50,609 nucleotides of DNA from a virus (IMGVR_UViG_3300020042_011508:1-50609), one strand, 5' to 3'. Positions 40,015 through 50,036 are shown, counted from the first letter of the stretch. The notes: a model not told the origin generated them from the letters alone. Program-made: numbers and translations.

Positions 40015-40404
40015 ATGTTGAATAACAAATTGTTTGCGACGTTTACCGGATTGGATTCTTTAGATGAGCTAATTGTTAGTTTGTCTTCAACGTACACAAT
40101 TATGTACAATAAGATGTTTGTACTTTATGTTAAAAGTACAGATGAATATGTAGTAACTTACAATGTTGAGCAAAGTAATGTTGACGGTATCCCAGTTAAT
40201 ACTATTTTAGTACATAGGAAAAAAGAATCTAATACTTTATATACTATAAATGCATTGAATGATTTAATTAAAAAATTAAATGGTGGTGTGGTTGATCCGA
40301 CTTTTAGGATTGATTGGCAACATTATAGAAACTGTATTTTATTAACAAATCATAACGAATTAAAACAATTAAATACAAAAGTTCATAAGATTATTGATCT
40401 TTAA
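40015..40404 (+). CDS. Conserved-looking phage hypothetical protein (start uncertain: 39928, 39964 or 40015)
   Basis: ORF with ILVHRKKESNTLYTINALN; ATATGTATA at 39962-39970 favours a downstream start. Confidence 0.6.
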   Translation: MLNNKLFATFTGLDSLDELIVSLSSTYTIMYNKMFVLYVKSTDEYVVTYNVEQSNVDGIPVNTILVHRKKESNTLYTINALNDLIKKLNGGVVDPTFRIDWQHYRNCILLTNHNELKQLNTKVHKIIDL

Positions 40405-40419
40405 TATATGTATAATCAC

Positions 40420-40665
40420 ATGAAAAAAGCAGATAACTTTGATTTAAAAAAATTCATTACCGAAGGTTTGTTTAATTCTAAAAATGAAACGACCGCTAGA
40501 ATACTTGAATTAGAAGAGACAGTCAAGAAATTAGATATGATATTTGAGAATGTTATTAAGTATGATTTATCACCTAACACTCCTAACGTAAACAATCTTA
40601 AAAAGCTGAAAAAGCAGTATATGAATAATATTTTTAATACTATAAGATTCTTAAAAGGCTTATAA
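40420..40665 (+). CDS. Small protein with leader MKKADNFDLKKFITE
   Basis: ATATGTATA at 40406-40414 precedes ATG 40420. Confidence 0.65.
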   Translation: MKKADNFDLKKFITEGLFNSKNETTARILELEETVKKLDMIFENVIKYDLSPNTPNVNNLKKLKKQYMNNIFNTIRFLKGL

Positions 40666-40701
40666 ATAATATTTATAATAAAACAATAAAAATAAATTAA
40701 A

Positions 40702-41184
40702 ATGAAAAAAGCAGATAATTTTGACGCGGGTAAATGGTTAGTAGAAAATAAATTAACTAATCAGTCTCGTTTAGATGAGCTTTCATCTAATACATTTAAA
40801 AGCGCAATAAACGTATCAAAAGAACGTGGTACCGATAGGAGAACATATAAACTTGGAGAGTTATATCTCAACCAATTTATAGGTAAAGATTTGATTGGCG
40901 GTAAGATAACTAATATTGGCGTTCATAGTCCACAACAAAGTAATTATAGAAACATAGCTATAGAAGTTACGAAAAGTATTTATCAAGATAGTGGCTATAA
41001 TAAAGGTGAAAATAAACTTATAAAAGATTATATTTATTACGATATAGATAATGATTTATTTGACATGGAAAGTGTTGAAATAGATAGAAAAGATGCAGTA
41101 GTTCTTGCTAAAATAGCTTTAAAAATAAATCCTGATTCTAGATATAAAGAAACAGGTAAATACTTTAAAATAAAAGGTTATTAA
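40702..41184 (+). CDS. Hypothetical protein with leader MKKADNFDAGKWLVE
   Basis: ATATTTATA at 40669-40677; first 8 aa identical to the 40420 ORF. Confidence 0.7.
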   Translation: MKKADNFDAGKWLVENKLTNQSRLDELSSNTFKSAINVSKERGTDRRTYKLGELYLNQFIGKDLIGGKITNIGVHSPQQSNYRNIAIEVTKSIYQDSGYNKGENKLIKDYIYYDIDNDLFDMESVEIDRKDAVVLAKIALKINPDSRYKETGKYFKIKGY

Positions 41185-41209
41185 TTCCTTATAAAAAATT
41201 ACACTATAG

Positions 41210-41240
41210 TTTGGTGTCTCAAACTCAAGTTCTTATATTT
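41210..41240 (+). promoter_or_regulatory. Bacteroidota-type promoter TTTGG-N19-TATATTT
   Basis: Conserved spacing; upstream of SSB. Confidence 0.65.
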
Positions 41241-41265
41241 CCCACAATAAACAAATTAAACAATC

Positions 41266-42120
41266 ATGGATATCAATGCAATTAAACAACGACTAAATTC
41301 ATTACAGTCGAATCAGAACACAAGCAAGAAAGAAAAAATCGATTACACAAAAGTTTACTGGAAACCAAAACAAGAAGGAAAGTACCAAATTCGTATTGTC
41401 CCTTCAAAGAATGACTCAACAAACCCTTTTCAAGAGGTTTTTGTTCACTATGGAATCTCTAAATTTCCGATTTACGCTCTAACTAACTGGGGTGAAAAAG
41501 ACCCAATCGTAGAATTCGCAGCAAAATTGCGTACTACAAATGACAAAGAAAACTGGGTCCTAGCTAAAAAAATTGACCCTAAAATGAGAATTTTCGCACC
41601 AGTAATTGTGCGTGGTGAAGAAGATCAAGGCGTTAGGCTTTGGGAATTCGGAAAAGAAATTTACATGCAGTTGTTAGGAATTGCTGAAGATGAAGATTAC
41701 GGTGATTACACAGACATTAACGAAGGCAGAGACTTTACAGTCGATGTAGTTAAAGGTGATATAGGTGGACGTATCGGATTAAAATCATCAATCAGAATTA
41801 AACCTAAAACATCTCCTGTAAGTAAAGATGCCGCTCAAATCAAAACATTTTTAAGTGAACAACCTTCAATTTTAGAGGTTCAACGTAAAATGGATTATGA
41901 GACTCTAAAAGCAACTTTACAAACATGGTTAACACCTGAAGAAGGTGAAGAAGAAATACCAGTAGAAGAAGTTGAAGAAGCAATTGAAGCAGAAGTAGCA
42001 GCAGCACCAGTTAAAAACTATGCTCTAAAACAACCAACTCCTCCAAAAGCATCATCTAAAACTGAGAAATTTGATTCATTATTTGATGATGAAGAATCAA
42101 ACGACGATCTTCCATTCTAA
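41266..42120 (+). CDS. Single-stranded DNA-binding protein (gp32-like)
   Basis: YWKP..G...IRIVP, VRLWEFGKEIY, D.NEGRDF, acidic tail ending DDLPF. Confidence 0.85.
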   Translation: MDINAIKQRLNSLQSNQNTSKKEKIDYTKVYWKPKQEGKYQIRIVPSKNDSTNPFQEVFVHYGISKFPIYALTNWGEKDPIVEFAAKLRTTNDKENWVLAKKIDPKMRIFAPVIVRGEEDQGVRLWEFGKEIYMQLLGIAEDEDYGDYTDINEGRDFTVDVVKGDIGGRIGLKSSIRIKPKTSPVSKDAAQIKTFLSEQPSILEVQRKMDYETLKATLQTWLTPEEGEEEIPVEEVEEAIEAEVAAAPVKNYALKQPTPPKASSKTEKFDSLFDDEESNDDLPF

Positions 42121-42135
42121 TTAAATTAAAAAGTT

Positions 42136-43236
42136 ATGGCAAAAGTAAAAAGAAGCGAATCGCTAACGGCAGCCGTCTCTAAAGAGATTAAAGCCAAATT
42201 TAACCTTGATTCATTCAAGGAGAAAAAAATGCTTAACGGTAACGTTAAGTTTAAAGAACAACGATGGGTTCCTTTTTCCACTGCCTTACAAGAAGCTTTA
42301 TCAATTCCTGGTATTCCCTTAGGCCATATTTCAATGGTTAGAGGTAAAAGTAATACTGGTAAATCAACAACAGCAATCGAAGTAGCGGTAAACGCCCAAA
42401 AAATGGGTGTTTTACCGGTACTTATTATTACTGAGATGAAGCATGATTGGAAGCATTGGAGAACAATGGGATTCGAAATGGAAGACGTTGTTGATCAATC
42501 AACCGGTGAGGTTTTAGATCACAATGGTTTCTTTATCTATCGTGACCGTAGTACATTAAACTCAATTGAGGACATTGCTGCGTTTATTATCGATCTAATT
42601 AACGAACAAAAGAAAGGTAATTTACCTTATGATTTATTGTTTATTTGGGATTCAGTAGGATCAATTCCTTGCCAAATGAGTTTAGATCAAGGTAAAAACA
42701 ACCCAATGTGGAACGCAGGTGCTATTGCAACACAATTTGGTAATTTTATTAACCAACAAATTGTAATGTCTAGAAAAGAAACCTACCAATACACAAATTC
42801 ATTATTGATTGTAAACAAAACAGGTGTTGCACCAGCAGAAGGTCCTATGGCTCGTCCTAAAATGACTAATAAAGGTGGTGACACATTCTATTATGATTCT
42901 TCATTAGTATTAACATTTGGTAATATCACAAATGCTGGTACATCAAAAATAAATGCTACTAAAGATAAGAAAAAAGTTGAATTTGCATTACGTACTAAAA
43001 TTGCTTGTGATAAAAACCACATTAATGGTATTACAACAACAGGTACTATTGTAAGTACAGTTCACGGTTTTATTAAAGATGATAATAATGTTATTAATAA
43101 GTATAAAAAAGAACATTCTAAAGAATGGGTTAGTATACTTGGTGAAGGCGAATACGGGCTTACTGAGGATAATAGTGAATGGGAAGAAAAAGCCGATATC
43201 ACTGAATTGTTAGAAAACCTAGAAGCCAGCGAATAA
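42136..43236 (+). CDS. uvsX: RecA/UvsX-like recombinase
   Basis: GIPLGHI, Walker A GKSNTGKST, Walker B FIWDSV, GG..F.Y.SS, KNH. Confidence 0.88.
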   Translation: MAKVKRSESLTAAVSKEIKAKFNLDSFKEKKMLNGNVKFKEQRWVPFSTALQEALSIPGIPLGHISMVRGKSNTGKSTTAIEVAVNAQKMGVLPVLIITEMKHDWKHWRTMGFEMEDVVDQSTGEVLDHNGFFIYRDRSTLNSIEDIAAFIIDLINEQKKGNLPYDLLFIWDSVGSIPCQMSLDQGKNNPMWNAGAIATQFGNFINQQIVMSRKETYQYTNSLLIVNKTGVAPAEGPMARPKMTNKGGDTFYYDSSLVLTFGNITNAGTSKINATKDKKKVEFALRTKIACDKNHINGITTTGTIVSTVHGFIKDDNNVINKYKKEHSKEWVSILGEGEYGLTEDNSEWEEKADITELLENLEASE

Positions 43237-43237
43237 C

Positions 43238-44278
43238 ATGAACAAAAACGAATTATTAAAACTCCTAAACGATACTCCTGAACCCGAACAATCAGTAGAA
43301 ACTAATCCTCATGAAAGAGTATTATTAATAGATGGTTTAAATCTATTTTTTAGAAACTTTGCGATGATGAATTTTACCAATCAAGCAGGTGTTCATGTTG
43401 GTGGTTTAGGTGGTTTTATTCGTTCATTAAATTCCTTAATCAATACAATTAAACCAACATCAGTATATGTTGTATTTGATGGAGTGGGTTCTTCTGTAAA
43501 TCGGAAGAACTTACTCCCCGAATACAAATCAGGACGTAATTTAGTTAGAATAACTAATTGGGATTCATTTGAATCGCTAGAAGAAGAACACGATGCTAAA
43601 GTAGATCAGATTGTTAGATTAATACATTACTTAAAATGTTTACCTGTTAAGACTATAAGTTTAGATAAGGTAGAAGCCGATGATGTTATCGCATATTTAA
43701 GTGATATAATGTCTAATAAATACGATTCTCAGGTTTTCATAGTATCTAACGACAAAGATTTTATTCAACTTATAACGGATAAAATTATAGTTTATAGACC
43801 TACAGAAAAAGATTTCTATACTAAAACTTTAGTTAAACAGAGCTTTGGAGTCTTAACTGAAAATTTTATATTATATAAGACATTATTAGGAGATAAATCA
43901 GATAAAGTAGATGGTATAAAAGGATTAGGCGAAAAAGGACTATTAAAGAAATTTCCTGAATTAGCTGAACGTCCTTGTACACTACAAGATATCTACGATA
44001 TTTCCTGTGCTAAGTTTAAAGAACATATTGTTTATGCGCGAGTTGTTGATGAAATTGAAAAATTAGAAAATAATTATTTAATTATGGATCTACATAATCC
44101 GCTGATGGGCGATATCGAGAAGGATTATATTAACGAGGTTGTGATTGAGCCGTTATCACCACTTAGAGTTAGTGATTTTATGCGTCTTTATAATGAAGAT
44201 GGATTAAGTCATATGATCAAAAATACGGAATATGTACTTAATACTACATACCAAACATTAAACGGTTTCGCAAAATAA
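43238..44278 (+). CDS. 5'-3' exonuclease / flap endonuclease (T4 RNase H-like)
   Basis: LLIDGLN, VVFDG, YKSGR, EADDVIA, SNDKDFIQL, GDKSD.VDGIKGLGEK. Confidence 0.92.
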   Translation: MNKNELLKLLNDTPEPEQSVETNPHERVLLIDGLNLFFRNFAMMNFTNQAGVHVGGLGGFIRSLNSLINTIKPTSVYVVFDGVGSSVNRKNLLPEYKSGRNLVRITNWDSFESLEEEHDAKVDQIVRLIHYLKCLPVKTISLDKVEADDVIAYLSDIMSNKYDSQVFIVSNDKDFIQLITDKIIVYRPTEKDFYTKTLVKQSFGVLTENFILYKTLLGDKSDKVDGIKGLGEKGLLKKFPELAERPCTLQDIYDISCAKFKEHIVYARVVDEIEKLENNYLIMDLHNPLMGDIEKDYINEVVIEPLSPLRVSDFMRLYNEDGLSHMIKNTEYVLNTTYQTLNGFAK

Positions 44279-44304
44279 AGTTATATTTATAACAAAATAA
44301 ACTC

Positions 44305-44814
44305 ATGAAAAAATCAGAATTGAAACAAATTATTAGAGAAGAGATTGTCAAAGAACTATTTGATACAAAAGAAAAAATCAGATGGCGTGAGGGTGAAGAT
44401 ACAGATTTTACTGCTACCTTTACTGGTCCTAATAATCAAAAATACGTAATAGACATTACTTCTTTAGAATATTTAAATTTACCTGATAGCGCAGTTGTTG
44501 TTGCTAGTAAATTATTGCCTGATGAAGTACTTGAAATGTTTAATGATGGTGAAGGATATCATGTTGAATTTAGGGATGCCATTAAAGGTAAAGGCATTAC
44601 TGGGTTAGGTGGTACTGATACAGCAAAGATCTTCGGTATTGTTATCAATGCGATAGTTGATAAAATCAATCGAGAAAAATCCAATCTTGTATTCTTTTCA
44701 GCAAAAGAACCTTCTAGAAAAGAGTTATATAAAAAGATGGCTCCACTTATAGCTTCTGAGTTAGGAATGAAACAAGTTAACAACGGTAAATATTATTTTC
44801 TTTATAAAGATTAA
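44305..44814 (+). CDS. Hypothetical protein with leader MKKSELKQIIREEIVKE; resembles 2639-3223
   Basis: ATATTTATA at 44283-44291; inserted between exonuclease and helicase. Confidence 0.7.
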   Translation: MKKSELKQIIREEIVKELFDTKEKIRWREGEDTDFTATFTGPNNQKYVIDITSLEYLNLPDSAVVVASKLLPDEVLEMFNDGEGYHVEFRDAIKGKGITGLGGTDTAKIFGIVINAIVDKINREKSNLVFFSAKEPSRKELYKKMAPLIASELGMKQVNNGKYYFLYKD

Positions 44815-44855
44815 CCACACATACAAAGTATTAAACAGTTTTACAAAATAAAGTT

Positions 44856-46235
44856 ATGACATTAGGATCACTAGACAAATATGGAATGGGCTTCCAGATT
44901 AAGGTATTATCTTCATTATTAACACATAAGGAATTTTTATTGAATATCCAAGATGTGTTAAGTGATGAATATTTTACAAATCAAGCTCACAAATGGATTA
45001 TTAAAGAAATATTAAGATATTTCACAAAATACCACACTTGCCCAAGTATGGATGTATTAAAAGTAGAACTTAAAAAAATCGATAATGATGTTTTACAACT
45101 TTCAATTAAAGAACAATTAAGAGAAGCTTATAAAGCATCAGATGAAGATTTAAAATATGTTGAAGAAGAATTTTCAAATTTCTGTAAAAACCAACAATTA
45201 AAGAAAGCATTATTAACAAGTGTTGATTTTTTAAATGCTGGTGATTATGATTCAATTAGATCATTAATTGATAATGCTTTACGATCAGGTCAAGATAAAA
45301 ATTTAGGTCATGAATATAACAAAGATACAGAATCACGTTATAGAGAAGATCATAGAACAGTAATACCAACACCTTGGAAAGAAATTAATGATTTATTACA
45401 AGGCGGATTAGGTAATGGTGATTTTGGATTAATATTTGGTAATCCAGGTGGAGGTAAATCATGGTCATTAGTTGCTTTAGGTGGTTATGCTGTAAGTTTA
45501 GGTTATAATGTATTACATTATACATTAGAATTAGGTTCTGATTATGTTGGTCGTAGATACGATGCGTTCTTTACAGGAATTGGTGTTCAAAATATCGCTC
45601 AACATAAAGATCAGATTGAGGCAAAAGTAAACACACTTCAAGGTCAATTAATTATTAAAGAATTCCCACCCGGTAAAGCATCAGTTTCTACAATTGAATC
45701 ACATATTAAAAAGTGTGAAGATTTAGATTTTAAAGCCGATCTTATCATTATAGACTATGTCGATCTATTACGTTCTAAGAAAACAAATAGAGAACGAAAA
45801 GATGAAATTGATGATATTTATGTAAGCACTAAGGGACTTGCTAGAGAGCTAAACTTACCAGTTTGGTCGGTTTCTCAAGTAAACAGAGCAGGAGCTAAAG
45901 ATAATATTATTGAAGGAGATAAAGCAGCAGGTTCATATGATAAAATGATGATTACTGATGTAGCAATATCTTTATCAAGAAAAAAAGAAGATAAGTTAAA
46001 TGGAACAGGACGATTACACATTATGAAAAATAGATACGGAATGGACGGATTATCATATTATATGAAAGTTGATACTTCAACAGGCCATTTTCAAATTATG
46101 TCTCAAATGGATGAAGATGATGAACAAAATCAAAATACACCTCCTCAACAAAATACCCAATTCAGTAATAATATTAGTCCTATAGACAAGTCAATTATTC
46201 AACAAAGATTTTTCGAATTATCAAAAACAAATTAA
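44856..46235 (+). CDS. dnaB: Replicative DnaB-like helicase (gp41-like)
   Basis: GNPGGGKS Walker A, YTLEL, IIIDYVDLL, SQVNR, KNRYG. Confidence 0.92.
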   Translation: MTLGSLDKYGMGFQIKVLSSLLTHKEFLLNIQDVLSDEYFTNQAHKWIIKEILRYFTKYHTCPSMDVLKVELKKIDNDVLQLSIKEQLREAYKASDEDLKYVEEEFSNFCKNQQLKKALLTSVDFLNAGDYDSIRSLIDNALRSGQDKNLGHEYNKDTESRYREDHRTVIPTPWKEINDLLQGGLGNGDFGLIFGNPGGGKSWSLVALGGYAVSLGYNVLHYTLELGSDYVGRRYDAFFTGIGVQNIAQHKDQIEAKVNTLQGQLIIKEFPPGKASVSTIESHIKKCEDLDFKADLIIIDYVDLLRSKKTNRERKDEIDDIYVSTKGLARELNLPVWSVSQVNRAGAKDNIIEGDKAAGSYDKMMITDVAISLSRKKEDKLNGTGRLHIMKNRYGMDGLSYYMKVDTSTGHFQIMSQMDEDDEQNQNTPPQQNTQFSNNISPIDKSIIQQRFFELSKTN

Positions 46236-46258
46236 AAAATAACAAATAAAAAATAACA

Positions 46259-48112
46259 ATGAATATAGAAAATCAAATCATCTCAGAAATCACAACCCAT
46301 TTAAAATATGCTAAATACCTCCCAGAAGAAAATAGGAGAGAAGTATGGAGTGAATTAGTTACTCGTAACAAAAATATGCATATTAAAAAGTATCCCCAAT
46401 TAACAGAGGAAATTGAAAAAGCTTACCAGTTTGTATATGATAGAAAAGTATTACCATCAATGCGTAGTCTCCAATTTTCTGGTAAACCGATTGAAATAAA
46501 CAATGCAAGAATATTTAATTGTTCTTATTTACCAATTGATGATTTTAGATCATTTTCAGAAATTATGTTCCTATTACTATCAGGTTGTGGAGTAGGTTAT
46601 TCAGTACAAACACATCACGTAGAAAATTTACCTGAAATTAGAAAACCATTAAAATTAAAACGTTATTTAGTAGGTGATTCAATTGAAGGATGGGCTGATG
46701 CAGTAAGAATGTTAACTAAAGCTTATTTTGGTCAAACATCAACTGCTCCAAATTTTGATTTTAGAGATATTAGAGCTAAAGGTGCTTCATTGATTACAGT
46801 AGGTGGTAAAGCACCAGGTCCTGAACCATTAAAAATTGCTTTAATTCATATGCAAGCTATTTTGGATCGTAAACAAGACGGTGAAAAATTAACTGCATTA
46901 GAGTGTCATGATATTATTTGTCACTTAGCAGATGCTGTATTAAGCGGTGGTATTAGAAGAGCAGCATTAATTGCTTTATTTGATTTAGAAGATGAAGAAA
47001 TGCTAACTTGTAAATTCGGACCGTGGTGGGAAGTAAATCCACAAAGAGGTAGAGCTAATAACTCAGCAGTATTACTTCGTAATAAAATAGATAAAGAAAC
47101 ATTTATGAGTTTATGGGGTAAAATTGAAGCATCAAATAGTGGTGAACCAGGTTTCTTATTTACAAACGATAAAGATGCTGGAACTAATCCATGTGCTGAA
47201 ATTAACTTAAAACCAAATCAATTCTGTAATTTATGCGAAATTAATGCTTCAGATATTGAAACACAAGAAGAATACAATGCGAGAGCTAAAGCAGCAGCTT
47301 TTATAGGTACATTACAAGCTAGTTATACTGATTTTCATTATTTAAGAGATGTTTGGAGAAAAACAACTGAAAAAGAAGCATTATTAGGTATTGGAATGAC
47401 AGGTATCGCTTCAGGTGCTGTGTTGAAATTAGATATGAAACAAGCAGCTAAAATTGCTGTTGAAGAAAACGCAAGAGTAGCAGCAATATTGAATATTAAT
47501 AAAGCAGCTCGTGTTACTACAGTAAAACCATCAGGTACTACATCTTTAGTATTAGGTACTTCAAGTGGTATTCATGCTTGGCACGATGATTTTTATATGA
47601 GAAGAATTCGTTTAGGCAAAAATGAAGCATTATACTCTTATTTATCAATTTATCATCCTGAAATGTTAGAAGATGATTTCTTTAAACCACATTTACAATC
47701 AATTGTTTCTGTACCACAACGTGCTCCTAAAGGTTCAATTACACGTAAAGAATCAGCTATGGATATGTTAGAGCGTATTAAAACAATCAACAAAAACTGG
47801 ATTAAACCAGGTCATAGAAAAGGTTCTAATATGCACAACGTATCAGCTACTGTTACTATTAAAAACAATGAATGGGGACCAGTTGGAGAATGGTTATATG
47901 AAAATAAAGAATACTTTACCGCTTTATCATTCTTACCTGAAGATCTTGGTACTTATGTACAGGCACCTTTTTCTACAATTACTGAAGAAGAATTCAACGA
48001 AGCAGTAAAATCATTACATCAAGTTGACCTATCAAAAGTTATTGAAATGAGTGATAATACAGCGTTAATGGAAAGCGTTGCCTGTGCTTCAGGAGCGTGC
48101 GAAATAGTATAA
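46259..48112 (+). CDS. nrdJ: Class II (adenosylcobalamin-dependent) ribonucleotide reductase
   Basis: PSMRSL, FNCSY, GGIRRAA, TNPCAEI, CNLCE, TTVKPSGT, C-terminal CASGACE; no small-subunit gene adjacent. Confidence 0.88.
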   Translation: MNIENQIISEITTHLKYAKYLPEENRREVWSELVTRNKNMHIKKYPQLTEEIEKAYQFVYDRKVLPSMRSLQFSGKPIEINNARIFNCSYLPIDDFRSFSEIMFLLLSGCGVGYSVQTHHVENLPEIRKPLKLKRYLVGDSIEGWADAVRMLTKAYFGQTSTAPNFDFRDIRAKGASLITVGGKAPGPEPLKIALIHMQAILDRKQDGEKLTALECHDIICHLADAVLSGGIRRAALIALFDLEDEEMLTCKFGPWWEVNPQRGRANNSAVLLRNKIDKETFMSLWGKIEASNSGEPGFLFTNDKDAGTNPCAEINLKPNQFCNLCEINASDIETQEEYNARAKAAAFIGTLQASYTDFHYLRDVWRKTTEKEALLGIGMTGIASGAVLKLDMKQAAKIAVEENARVAAILNINKAARVTTVKPSGTTSLVLGTSSGIHAWHDDFYMRRIRLGKNEALYSYLSIYHPEMLEDDFFKPHLQSIVSVPQRAPKGSITRKESAMDMLERIKTINKNWIKPGHRKGSNMHNVSATVTIKNNEWGPVGEWLYENKEYFTALSFLPEDLGTYVQAPFSTITEEEFNEAVKSLHQVDLSKVIEMSDNTALMESVACASGACEIV

Positions 48113-48114
48113 TT

Positions 48115-49044
48115 ATGTTACAAAAAATTAAAGAAAGAATATTTCCGTTTTTAATCGCGCTGTCAGCACTATCAATTAGTGCCTCAGCAGCGTTTTACAG
48201 TGTTACTGGCCTCAGCATGTTATTTGCTGGGGCTAGTGTCGCTGTATTAATTATGGCTTCTTCATTAGAAGTTGCTAAATTAGTTATCGCTTCACTTTTA
48301 TATCAATATTGGAATAAACTAAATAAAATTTTAAAAATTTATTTAACAATTGCTACTATTGTATTAATGTTATTAACATCAGCAGGTATTTATGGTTATT
48401 TAAGTAATGCTTATCAAATAACAGCAAACCAATCATCAATTGTTGATCAAAAAATACAAACATTAGAAACAAAAAAAGGCTTGTATAAGGATACTCGAGA
48501 TAATATATTAAAAGAAAAGCAATCAATTTCTGAATTAAAAGGCACTTTATCAACAAGTTCTACAACACAATCAACTGATAAACGAGGTAATTTAGTAATA
48601 CGTTCTAATAAAGCAAATATTGAACAATTAAAATCAGCTAATCAATCAGATGAAAAATTGACTGTTAAACTAGATATTACTAATGATTCTATATTTGCAT
48701 TAGAAAATAAAATATTGGAGGTAAAAACTACATCTAAAGCAGCTAATGAATTAGGTCCTTTAAAATATTTAAGTAATTTAACAGGTCAACCAATGGATAA
48801 AATTATTAACTGGTTTTTACTAGTTATTATATTTGTATTTGATCCATTAGCTATTGCTCTTGTTATAGCCGCTAACTTTGCTTTTAATCAGCTTAAAAAA
48901 AAACCTGAGGTGATAGAAAATAATCCACTACCTCTAACATCTAAAACACCTCAAATATTTTATCCTGAAAGTGTAAGTAATACTACTGCTTATTTAAATA
49001 AAATAAAAAATAAACCAGAAGAAGATATAAAAACTTATTTTTAA
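48115..49044 (+). CDS. Membrane protein with central coiled coil
   Basis: Three N-terminal hydrophobic helices, LEVAKL, GIYGYLS, GPLKYL, IIFVFDPLAI. Confidence 0.75.
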   Translation: MLQKIKERIFPFLIALSALSISASAAFYSVTGLSMLFAGASVAVLIMASSLEVAKLVIASLLYQYWNKLNKILKIYLTIATIVLMLLTSAGIYGYLSNAYQITANQSSIVDQKIQTLETKKGLYKDTRDNILKEKQSISELKGTLSTSSTTQSTDKRGNLVIRSNKANIEQLKSANQSDEKLTVKLDITNDSIFALENKILEVKTTSKAANELGPLKYLSNLTGQPMDKIINWFLLVIIFVFDPLAIALVIAANFAFNQLKKKPEVIENNPLPLTSKTPQIFYPESVSNTTAYLNKIKNKPEEDIKTYF

Positions 49045-49047
49045 AGA

Positions 49048-49081
49048 AAGGCTTGGTTTTCCAAGCCTTCTTTCGTACGTT
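49048..49081 (+). terminator. Hairpin terminator overlapping a TTGG-N19-TACGTT promoter
   Basis: AAGGCTTGG-TTTT-CCAAGCCTT stem; TTGG at 49053-49056, TACGTT at 49076-49081. Confidence 0.6.
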
Positions 49082-49087
49082 TAAATT

Positions 49088-49600
49088 ATGAGTATGATAC
49101 AAGAATTTAAAGAATGGGAAGCTACATATGATCCAACACCACCTAAACCGACTAAAACATATAATAAGTTTTTTTGGTGGAGACGTTATCAAGAACATAA
49201 ATCATTACCTAACCCTAATAAAGTTATAGCTAAAGCTTTAAATGGTGATTATGATTATTCTCCTTACTGGAAACAACTCCAATACGAATATTGGTTTGAA
49301 AAACAAGATCTTAACAAATTCAGAGCTACTTATACTGGTTCTTATGAAAATATAGATTGGAATGAACGTAAAATATCTAAATTGTTTTATGCCCGTAGAG
49401 AACGTTTACTTAAGGATGCAGAAAAAGATGAAAATAATCGTTTAAATTCATTATTTAAAGATATGAAAAAAGAATTTAGTAGTAATGAAGAAGATATAAA
49501 GGAAAAATTTTATAGTTTTGAAGGTACAATTGTTGAATTTATTGAAGCATATAAAGCAACAAGAAATATCCCAGAAATAAAACCTGTACCTAAATTCTAA
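49088..49600 (+). CDS. Hypothetical protein
   Basis: 170-aa ORF (YNKFFWWRRY, NGDYDYSPY). Confidence 0.7.
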   Translation: MSMIQEFKEWEATYDPTPPKPTKTYNKFFWWRRYQEHKSLPNPNKVIAKALNGDYDYSPYWKQLQYEYWFEKQDLNKFRATYTGSYENIDWNERKISKLFYARRERLLKDAEKDENNRLNSLFKDMKKEFSSNEEDIKEKFYSFEGTIVEFIEAYKATRNIPEIKPVPKF

Positions 49601-49628
49601 TATATGTATAATTAAAATAAACAACAAA

Positions 49629-50036
49629 ATGAAAGACTTAATAAGAATGAATCAATTAGCTGGTTTAATTACAGAAAACCAAGCACAAAAAATGATGGCT
49701 GTGTTAAATGAAGAAAAATCATGGGATGATGTTGATAAAGAATTAGCAGATAAAGAAGCTCAAGATATGGAAAATGCTAAAGCATTTACTAATACACCAC
49801 AAGGTAAAAATGCTGTAAGAGTAATTAAAGCTTTAATTAATAAACCATATGGATATGATAAATTAGATAAAGTATTACAGGTATTAAATTTAGATAGACA
49901 AAATTTTATATATGCCGCTGAAGCAGCAGGGATGGATTTTGGAACAGATGCTGCCGGTATTCATATAAATGATGATAATTACCAAGATCAAGATGTATCT
50001 ATAAATCAAATAAATGGTGAGTGGATTGTAGGATAA
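49629..50036 (+). CDS. Hypothetical protein with leader MKDLIRMNQLAGLITE
   Basis: ATATGTATA at 49602-49610; leader resembles the scaffold C-terminus. Confidence 0.7.
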   Translation: MKDLIRMNQLAGLITENQAQKMMAVLNEEKSWDDVDKELADKEAQDMENAKAFTNTPQGKNAVRVIKALINKPYGYDKLDKVLQVLNLDRQNFIYAAEAAGMDFGTDAAGIHINDDNYQDQDVSINQINGEWIVG

